Source: Candidatus Dojkabacteria bacterium (GTDB lineage: Bacteria; Patescibacteriota; Dojkabacteria; SC72; JAFGCJ01). From it: a stretch of DNA of 64,000 nt. The first letter of the stretch is position 1; each line of letters starts with the position of its first letter. Both the position numbers and the translations under genes were made by a program. The notes beneath the pieces are model-generated. The model did no database searches and was not told the origin of the DNA. It was given only the letters and a program-made list of their open reading frames with translations. Of this stretch, positions 47,632 to 54,898 are shown one piece after another. The DNA is taken from positions 529,777-593,776 of the forward strand of contig JAFGCJ010000002.1 in NCBI GenBank assembly GCA_016932785.1, in the 5' to 3' direction.

Positions 47632-48087
47632 CTAGAGATTGTCAACATATGCCATTTCGACACTAAGATCCACCGGATTAAGACCTTCTACTAGTACCGA
47701 CAGACCATTTTCCTGAACTATGGTAACGGGTATTGCTATTCTTGCAACCCCGAACTCGCTTACAACACTTTTTACACCTGAAAACAAAGGTTCTACCTCG
47801 GAAATTATCAACTGCTGTGCATCAACCTCCCGACCCCATCCAAAACCTGTAACATGCAATGTGGGATCATCCCAAGGAATCAAGTCATCCTCAGACCCAT
47901 CCACCACTGTAAAGGTAGTTACATGTCTATATTCCTGATATCTATGCCCTCCAGCTCTGATATGGAACTCTATTCCCATAATACCTCTTCCAGATTCCGA
48001 TAAACGATGAGTAACCTTATATTCCTTACCCAAAGTACTTCCCAACTCAGCAATAAATTCTTCTGGACTGCAATTTTCCGGAGTCAT
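47632..48087 (-). CDS. orphan 'GFxW-module' family protein, member D (151 aa)
   Basis: MGIEFHIRAGG, LHVTGFGWGREVD and FGVARIAIPV. It is the first gene of the minus-strand block and is divergent from rpsT. Confidence 0.7.
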   Translation of the reverse strand: MTPENCSPEEFIAELGSTLGKEYKVTHRLSESGRGIMGIEFHIRAGGHRYQEYRHVTTFTVVDGSEDDLIPWDDPTLHVTGFGWGREVDAQQLIISEVEPLFSGVKSVVSEFGVARIAIPVTIVQENGLSVLVEGLNPVDLSVEMAYVDNL

Positions 48088-48214
48088 GACAAAAAAAATT
48101 CAATTCAATCCGGGCAACATTTTCTTACCAAGAAATAATACCACAAAATATGGCCTATAAACCTGACCCTATTCTTGCTTATCTAACAATCATCATGATA
48201 TACTCCAACCATAA

Positions 48215-48508
48215 ATGGCTAACTTACCACACGCAAAAAAAGCAATAAGAGTAACCAAAAGGAGAACTGCAAAAAATCAGGGTATACAGGCACGTCTCAG
48301 ACAAATGACACGAAAAACCCTAAAATTGGTAGAGCTAGGCGAAAAAACTCTCGCACAACAGCAGCTACAGATCGCCCAAAAGGTTATCGACAAAGCAGCC
48401 AAGACAAGAGTTATTCATACTAATAAAGCCAAGAGAATGAAATCCCGACTCGCAAAGAAAGTTAACTCTATTAGCAAAGATGTCAAAACTGCTCAAAAAA
48501 ATACTTAG
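48215..48508 (+). CDS. rpsT: 30S ribosomal protein S20
   Basis: MANLPHAKKAIRVTKRRTAKNQGIQARLR. The extended -10 TGaTATACT at 48196-48204 lies 10 nt before the ATG. Confidence 0.9.
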   Translation: MANLPHAKKAIRVTKRRTAKNQGIQARLRQMTRKTLKLVELGEKTLAQQQLQIAQKVIDKAAKTRVIHTNKAKRMKSRLAKKVNSISKDVKTAQKNT

Positions 48509-49031
48509 TGCAGCGATATTCCCTGCGGCGTTAATGATCGTAAGCAAGGTGCTGGGAATGGCTCTTGCAAATAGGATCTTTGATCTCGGCTGGTCTGTCC
48601 AAAGCAATACTACGGGATTGTTTTCAATACAAATTCTCTACCCTGACCGTCAGTCAGCAATACAATGCAACTCCTACTCTAATCTTTTTATGATAACATG
48701 CTTACTGATCGGCGTCGGAGTAACATTATTCCAAGGTTATTTTTTACACTCTTCTCACCAGAATCCTAAGGTCTTGATAAAAATGCTGAAATTTGATTTC
48801 CTAGTATGGCTTTCTGACACACCAACAATATTCCCCAACATGGCAGTCTGGTTGGCATTCCTATGGACCGGCACGGTCATTTGCATAACACAGTCTCTTC
48901 AAGATTTTACTTATCCTTGGATATCAGTTTTCGCTATAGTTGCATCAATAGTTGTAACGTGGCTGGGAGTAAGAGATCTGGAAAGGGAGCTCGATACAAT
49001 TCTTCCGAAAAATGGTAAACTAAATATATAG
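48480..49031 (+). CDS. hypothetical membrane protein (183 aa)
   Basis: About four hydrophobic helices. It overlaps the rpsT 3' end by 29 nt. No motif recognised. Confidence 0.5.
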   Translation: MSKLLKKILSAAIFPAALMIVSKVLGMALANRIFDLGWSVQSNTTGLFSIQILYPDRQSAIQCNSYSNLFMITCLLIGVGVTLFQGYFLHSSHQNPKVLIKMLKFDFLVWLSDTPTIFPNMAVWLAFLWTGTVICITQSLQDFTYPWISVFAIVASIVVTWLGVRDLERELDTILPKNGKLNI

Positions 49032-49035
49032 GTCT

Positions 49036-49605
49036 ATGTACACGATTCAAAAGACAGCCAAAATTCTTCAGGAAAAATTTGGAAAATTCCTAGATCCTTT
49101 CGTAATTTTTGGAATAGTATCGCTATTTATCATTCCTGTTCTTGTTGTTCTTAATCTCAAACCAACATACAACGATTCCCCACAAAATAATGTCTTAGGT
49201 GTATCAGAAAATACTACTGTAGAAATCGTGCCAAATACAGACAAAGCGGATGGCATTCTGATAGAAAATGTCGAGCAGCCAGACGAAGAAAACTACATAA
49301 TAATCTACGATATTTCTCCTCAGACCGAAGGTACTTTCAAAAACCTATCGTTCACAATAAGTAATCCCTCTTCAAAAGAGCACAAAATTCAAGTAAGCCC
49401 GACTTTTGTTGATACTCCAGAATCTTCTGTTATTTCTCTGATGGTAGACAATGTAAAATTTATCCTACATGACTCAAATGGTAAAACATATCCTCCGACT
49501 ATCTATGTAGAGCCCGGAGATGAGATTCCAGTCTACCTTGTAATAGAAAACCAGGAAAAAGTAAACTTCGAAACAAATTTCTCTTTAGAAGCGATTATTG
49601 AATAA
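49036..49605 (+). CDS. hypothetical membrane-anchored protein (189 aa)
   Basis: N-terminal TM helix FVIFGIVSLFIIPVLVVLNL, then a beta-rich soluble part. It is followed by a terminator-like hairpin. Confidence 0.5.
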   Translation: MYTIQKTAKILQEKFGKFLDPFVIFGIVSLFIIPVLVVLNLKPTYNDSPQNNVLGVSENTTVEIVPNTDKADGILIENVEQPDEENYIIIYDISPQTEGTFKNLSFTISNPSSKEHKIQVSPTFVDTPESSVISLMVDNVKFILHDSNGKTYPPTIYVEPGDEIPVYLVIENQEKVNFETNFSLEAIIE

Positions 49606-49633
49606 GTAAAATCTTCCATATGTTTCATCAAAA

Positions 49634-49672
49634 AAGAGAGGCCTTCAAGTGCCTCCCTCTTTATTTGTTTTT
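49634..49672 (+). terminator. probable Rho-independent terminator
   Basis: agagaggc (49635-49642), loop cttcaagt, gcctc-cc-tct (49651-49660; a 5+3 bp stem with a 2-nt bulge), followed by ttatttgttttt. Confidence 0.45.
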
Positions 49673-49995
49673 AGCTTAGATCCATTATCGCCCTTATGGA
49701 GGATCGATATCAGATAGAAATCGTTCAAAGAGCCATACTACCTTCGGTTTCGATGTTGTATGACTGCTTTGCCTCATATTAAATATTCTTAATTTAATAT
49801 AAACAGATAATAACCCACCGCAAACTACATCGCTTGATATAATTCTGATAAATTCATGATCACTCAGCCGCTCATATCAGAGCAGCAAGAACCGCCGATA
49901 CAAAAAGAAAAATCCCCAATAGGTCAGAAAACTCTACCGACCTGACGCAATATTGACCAAAAACCAACCACAACTTTTGCTCACTTTTTTTACAA

Positions 49996-50931
49996 TCACC
50001 TATAAACTCTTCTTCTGAGGTCAATTCCCAAATAAAGGCCCACTACACACTGATATCCCAGTTCAGTGCTAAACATACTCAGTAATTGGTCGGGGGGAAC
50101 CCCAACCCCAAAAATATTCATTGCACAATGCCTTGATACTTCAGACAATAGCAGGACGGCCAAATCCTCACTAGGCAAGGCCATTCTCGAACACAGCACC
50201 GCCATGTGAGTAATACTCTTGTACCTACCGCTACCTTTCAGACCAGGAAAAGTTTCCACCAACCGCTCATAATCAGGCTCACTCATAACATACTTCTGCG
50301 CCACAATATCCAAAACCTCCTTCAGGGGCTCAAGCTTATCAGTTACTGGATGAATTCTAGCATCACTTTCAGCAACATCAGCTCCAACACGTGAATAGAA
50401 AAGCAGGTATCCCCATTCTCTAAGTGCTGCTATACCATCAGAATTTGCTAAATGATCAAAGACTTCAGGATCAGCCACAAGACCCAGAAGGCTACAACAA
50501 ACATCATCCACAAACCGCAAAGCATACTCTCTTCCCCTATTATTCATCTGATCAAGTTCAGCGGCTATACCCGTAACGGCTTCTAAAGCATGACCGACTC
50601 CATCATCTTCATGTAAACAGATTAGGTAAAGCAATTGATGAAATCTTCTATCTTCCGGATCTTCCTGGTTGTAACACCAAAGTCCATAAAGATATGTACC
50701 CATCCTTGAAGAAGACTCTGCTGGACTGATATGGGAAACGTCTGCCAGACCCTCAATTCCATCAACAGTGCCTGAAGGATATATTGAATATAAACCGTCC
50801 TCATTATAAATCGTAGAAGCATCAGCTTCTTTCAACCACTTCTGTTGAGTTGTCTCCCCTGATCCGATGATATCAGATGAGTGAAACCATTGCGGGCCAA
50901 GAGAGTACCCTGTCGTCTCGTTTCCTTGCAT
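49996..50931 (-). CDS. orphan protein (311 aa), mostly helical, atypical composition
   Basis: ATG start. It is rich in Gly/Leu/Asp/Arg/His/Cys and Lys-poor, with no known motif. It is flanked by unusually long non-coding regions of 390 and 852 nt. Confidence 0.65.
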   Translation of the reverse strand: MQGNETTGYSLGPQWFHSSDIIGSGETTQQKWLKEADASTIYNEDGLYSIYPSGTVDGIEGLADVSHISPAESSSRMGTYLYGLWCYNQEDPEDRRFHQLLYLICLHEDDGVGHALEAVTGIAAELDQMNNRGREYALRFVDDVCCSLLGLVADPEVFDHLANSDGIAALREWGYLLFYSRVGADVAESDARIHPVTDKLEPLKEVLDIVAQKYVMSEPDYERLVETFPGLKGSGRYKSITHMAVLCSRMALPSEDLAVLLLSEVSRHCAMNIFGVGVPPDQLLSMFSTELGYQCVVGLYLGIDLRRRVYR

Positions 50932-50938
50932 GCCCCGG

Positions 50939-50947
50939 ATTGTATCA
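50939..50947 (-). promoter_or_regulatory. extended -10 promoter TGaTACAAT exactly 7 nt upstream of the ATG at 50931 (leaderless candidate)
   Basis: The minus strand reads atatgatacaat ccggggc ATG, the same geometry as at 5732-5750. Confidence 0.4.
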
Positions 50948-51039
50948 TATTAGCCCAGTAGACTTTAACTATAAGACTTGAAACTTGTACCAGGTCTTAT
51001 TTCCAGTCTTGAAGATTACTGGCCTATAGGATATACTCT

Positions 51040-51710
51040 GTACCGAGCGGTGGGTTCCAGCGGTGCATGGGGAACGAAAAAAAAAATACAGAAAGCCGCA
51101 CTGCCATTTCAGAAGCGAAAAAAAACCAACCGAACTCACCGCTCATGCAAAAACGCCCCAGGAGAATACAGATCTTTAATGTCAACAGAGAAAACCTTTT
51201 TTCCATTGACTTCCCTGTATTCTCCTGCTTCACCCCAATTTTCAAGAATTTCCCTGATATCACGCCATTGTGGTTAGATTCCAACAAAGCTATAATTATC
51301 GTGTTTCGTGCTCTCGCGGGCTGGACCCTTGTAGAATTTGACCAATAAAACCCGCGAGGAAAAATGGAACACATCGACGTCATCTACAAGGGTTCAAAAA
51401 CAACAGCGAGGAGGAAAAAGTAACAAATCACAATTTCAAAAACTTCCCTCCTTTCTTACTCCATCTTCCTCGCTGATTTCCTCAAAATCTTTCCTTGATT
51501 TTTATAACATTATGGGATAGCATTCTTATGGGACGGCAGCCCAAGGGCATTTGCTATCCTCCTTTCGCTGTGACTCCTTCTTACAAAGGTCTTTCGTTAC
51601 AGACACCAAAAGGGGTCACAGGAAAACTACAGCAGGGAAGACAACGATTAAGGTTTGAGAAGAATGATTTTCTTTTTTTCTTTTACCTTCTTCCATCTTC
51701 CCTGCTGATA
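51040..51710 (+). ncRNA. candidate large structured RNA / structured lepA leader (unclassified)
   Basis: Eight local stems of 8-14 bp sit in a region with no credible ORF: 51045-52/51137-44, 51159-71/51215-27, 51313-20/51351-58, 51322-35/51383-96, 51404-15/51464-75, 51515-22/51552-59, 51568-79/51610-21 and 51630-41/51696-707. All non-Watson-Crick pairs are G-U on the plus strand. Confidence 0.35.
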
Positions 51711-51783
51711 CCCACTTCCTTCCAAACCCTTCCCATAATACACGTATTGACTACCTGCCATTTTTCCCCTATTCTCAACACCA

Positions 51784-53577
51784 ATGCAAAACACTAGAAA
51801 CTTTTCAATAATTGCGCATATAGACCATGGGAAATCCACTCTTTCAGATAGATTCCTGGAACTGACTGGTTTGAAGGATCCAAGTCGAGATAAATCAGAA
51901 AGAGTGCTGGACCGACTGGACCTTGAGCAAGAAAAAGGAATTACTATAAAACTCCAGCCTGTACGGATGAACTACAATGGTCACATCCTAAACCTTATCG
52001 ATACACCCGGACACGTTGATTTTTCCTACGAAGTCTCACGCTCTCTTGCCGCTTGTGAGGGCGCAATCCTTCTTGTCGACGCCTCACAGGGAGTTCAGGC
52101 ACAAACACTCTCAACCACACGTAAAGCCAAAGAGATGGGTCTCAAAATCATACCTGTCCTAAACAAAATAGACATTCCAAATATCGACATAGACAAGAGA
52201 AAAAGAGAGTTTTCAGAAATAATTGGTTTTAATGAAGATGAAATAATTCTCGCTTCAGGGAAAACAGGTGAGGGAGCAAAAGAGATTTTAGACAGAATAA
52301 TTAATGATATTCCTGCACCAGAGGGATACTCAGAAGCTCCACTACAAGCCCTTATTTTTGATTCCTTCTATCATGAACACAAGGGCGTCATTGCTGCAGT
52401 AAGAATATTCAATGGACAAATATCTGCTACTCAGAGTCAAAAACTTCACCTATTGAAAAACGGTAATAATTTCTCACCAAGAGAAATCGGGTTTTTTGAG
52501 CCTGATCTTGAAGTGACAAAGGAAATTTCTGCAGGAGAGGTTGGCTACATTGCTACCGGTGTAAAAGACATTCGGCTTTTTGCCATCGGAGATACAATTT
52601 CTGATTCTCCCAAGACCAAACCACTTCCCGGCTACAACCCTCCAAGGCCTAGGGTTTTTGCAACCCTTTTCCCATCGGATCCAGATGACTTTCATATTCT
52701 TTCCGACTCGCTCACAAAGTTAAGTATGAATGACGCAGCACTTACGGTAACACAACAAAAATCAAATATCCTAGGTTCAGGCTTCAGGTGTGGATTTCTT
52801 GGAATGCTTCACATGGAGGTTATTCAGGAGAGACTAGAACGGGAGTACGACATGTCCCTTGTAATAACGGCTCCCTCGGTCGAATACAAAGTAAAACTTA
52901 CCAACGGCGAAACGCTGAATGTCCAAACCGCCAGTGAATTTCCTGAAGTAACTCAAATACAGGAAATCAAAGAACCCTGGGTAGATGTAGAGATCTTCAC
53001 TCCACAGGAACACATGGGCCCATTGATGGAACTTTGCCAAAATAGTCGAGGAATCTACAAGGATACAGAGTACCTATCACGCTCAGAAAATTTCAAAATG
53101 GATTACATACTGCTGAAATATGAGCTTCCGTTAATGTCTATCATCACAAACTTCTTTGACAATATGAAATCTTTATCAAGTGGCTATGCTTCCCTTGAAT
53201 ATACAGAATCCGGATATAAACCCGCCGATATAGTGAAAGTAAGTATACTCGTAAACTACGACGAAGTCCCATCTCTGAGTTTTCTCGAGACAAGAGACAG
53301 AGCCGAAAACAGAGCCCGAAAAGTCTTGGAATCACTTAAAAAAACAATACCACAACACCAGTTTAAGATTGCAATTCAAGGAGCAATAGGCGGAAAAGTG
53401 ATAGCAAGAGAAAACATCAGCGCCAGAAAAAAAGATGTTACAGCAAAGCTGTATGGCGGCGATGTCACACGTAAAAAGAAACTTTGGAAGAAACAGAAAG
53501 AGGGAAAGAAGAGACTAAGAGAAATCGGCGGAGTCAATATTCCACAGGAGGCCTTCCTGTCGGTTTTGCAAAGTTGA
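51784..53577 (+). CDS. lepA: elongation factor 4 (LepA)
   Basis: NFSIIAHIDHGKSTLSDR, DTPGHVDF, NKID, and the LepA C-terminal domain with a basic tail. Confidence 0.95.
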   Translation: MQNTRNFSIIAHIDHGKSTLSDRFLELTGLKDPSRDKSERVLDRLDLEQEKGITIKLQPVRMNYNGHILNLIDTPGHVDFSYEVSRSLAACEGAILLVDASQGVQAQTLSTTRKAKEMGLKIIPVLNKIDIPNIDIDKRKREFSEIIGFNEDEIILASGKTGEGAKEILDRIINDIPAPEGYSEAPLQALIFDSFYHEHKGVIAAVRIFNGQISATQSQKLHLLKNGNNFSPREIGFFEPDLEVTKEISAGEVGYIATGVKDIRLFAIGDTISDSPKTKPLPGYNPPRPRVFATLFPSDPDDFHILSDSLTKLSMNDAALTVTQQKSNILGSGFRCGFLGMLHMEVIQERLEREYDMSLVITAPSVEYKVKLTNGETLNVQTASEFPEVTQIQEIKEPWVDVEIFTPQEHMGPLMELCQNSRGIYKDTEYLSRSENFKMDYILLKYELPLMSIITNFFDNMKSLSSGYASLEYTESGYKPADIVKVSILVNYDEVPSLSFLETRDRAENRARKVLESLKKTIPQHQFKIAIQGAIGGKVIARENISARKKDVTAKLYGGDVTRKKKLWKKQKEGKKRLREIGGVNIPQEAFLSVLQS

Positions 53578-53622
53578 AAGATATTTTGATACTGGAGTTC
53601 TAACAGATCGTAGGTATGAATC

Positions 53623-54762
53623 CTATTCTTTAACTCTATGCAAAAGCTCTCGATACATTCTGTTTAGAAGACATACCCAATAGGTATCGCACAGATTTGC
53701 ACGAACTTCAGGATTGCCAAGAATTGGAACTGTTGCCTCAGCTATAGGAAAAAGTCGTCCTCCATCACAACGCAGGACATTATAGGTTGAACCAAACAGG
53801 GTAGTTCTCTTAGTTAATCTCAAAACCTGTTCAATTTCTGATCCCTGTCCTCGGATAATATCGACTCTTGAATTTCTAGAATCGACACGTCCGTCAGGGA
53901 AACATACAGTATATCCATCTGACAATTCCACCGGATACATCCTTCCTCCATAACTAAGAACTGACATGTCACCCAACATTGTCCAGAATCCTACCAGACT
54001 CTTAACAGGTTCTATTAGTACACCTGCCTCTACGTTACTCCCACAAAGTCCACTCTTCCATAGGCGAATCAACTGTCTACCTCTAATCTGTTCTATAAGA
54101 TATTTCATACCATCTTCGTATCCCCTAAGCGATCTTTCAATCCTGCGCCGAGGGTTAGAAGAATCAATAATATCAAGAACGCCTCTATAGCTGAACAGGT
54201 GACTCAGCGTTCCGCCAGATAATTTTTCGGTCGGCGGCTGATTGGTATCACCAATAACTATATGGCTTAAGCTAATCGGAGCACCGGGAAGTCCATTTTC
54301 CTGACACCATGCTACCCTCAAAGCATACCCGAGTCCTTCACAACTATCATTTTCACCTTCGGACCTTGCACCATCTTCAGGCCACCTACCCCATCCAAGT
54401 CCATCCATTCTCACATTTATTCCACCATATAAACCAGGAATTTTTATATAGAAATCAAAACCCATGGGAGATTGCCCATAAGCAACTCCATCAAAAATAG
54501 TTATCCAGCAATCTTGAAAAGTTATTACGCCAGGGCCTTCATCCTCTGCAATTTCCCTGACCAGATTCACCATCTCCAGAAGGAGTGCGTGGACAGGACA
54601 ATCCGTTCCAACCGTATCCCATATGTGCCGATCGACCTCAAAGGTATGAGTATATACTGGACCCTTATCTTTGTCAGGAGGCCTCGCGTCACCTATATCA
54701 AATGCAACCGCAGGGTCTTGAAGATCGACCCCCACTGGTACTGAACCTACAGCCAAATCCAA
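53623..54762 (-). CDS. orphan 'GFxW-module' family protein, member E (379 aa, long form, unlinked copy)
   Basis: MGFDFYIKIPG (compare D MGIEFHIRAGG), INVRMDGLGWGRWPED, and VGFWTMLGDMSVLSYGGRMYPVELSDGYTVCFPDG (compare B DGFLGFAETVAMYSGERSLTCYPDG). The ORF opens with TTG, so the start is uncertain. Confidence 0.65.
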   Translation of the reverse strand: MDLAVGSVPVGVDLQDPAVAFDIGDARPPDKDKGPVYTHTFEVDRHIWDTVGTDCPVHALLLEMVNLVREIAEDEGPGVITFQDCWITIFDGVAYGQSPMGFDFYIKIPGLYGGINVRMDGLGWGRWPEDGARSEGENDSCEGLGYALRVAWCQENGLPGAPISLSHIVIGDTNQPPTEKLSGGTLSHLFSYRGVLDIIDSSNPRRRIERSLRGYEDGMKYLIEQIRGRQLIRLWKSGLCGSNVEAGVLIEPVKSLVGFWTMLGDMSVLSYGGRMYPVELSDGYTVCFPDGRVDSRNSRVDIIRGQGSEIEQVLRLTKRTTLFGSTYNVLRCDGGRLFPIAEATVPILGNPEVRANLCDTYWVCLLNRMYRELLHRVKE

Positions 54763-54880
54763 AATTCTAATAATTTATCCCATAGTGAAGTATTCTACCT
54801 CTGTCGTCCTATTTTATCAACACTGACTAGTGTCACAAAAACAAAAACCTGTCATAAACCACTTAAGCACTACTCCACTA

Positions 54881-54889
54881 TGGTATCAT
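54881..54889 (+). promoter_or_regulatory. extended -10 promoter TGgTATCAT 9 nt upstream of the recF ATG
   Basis: tggtatcat (54881-54889), tagatctgc, ATG (54899). Confidence 0.35.
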
Positions 54890-54898
54890 TAGATCTGC

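Noticed and set aside
51447-51455. CCTCCTTTC interpreted as a fragment of a 16S rRNA 3' end (rRNA operon remnant)
   Set aside because: The flanking sequence (aacttc/ttactcc) does not resemble the conserved GGATCACCTCCTTTCT context, and no other rRNA-like sequence is nearby.
51024-51839. Six track ORFs (60-119 aa, both strands) inside the lepA-upstream gap
   Set aside because: They overlap one another and are low-complexity (poly-Lys/Phe/Ser from A- and T-runs). Several start at non-ATG codons. No family resemblance. The region is better explained by the RNA-like helices.
45488-54762. Idea that the atypical ORFs reflect an alternative genetic code or wrong-strand artefacts
   Set aside because: All housekeeping genes in the window translate cleanly with the standard code (TGA, TAA and TAG all act as stops). 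The opposite strand of the atypical region carries only short ORFs (118 aa or less). The five family members share motifs at the protein level, which argues for real coding sequence.
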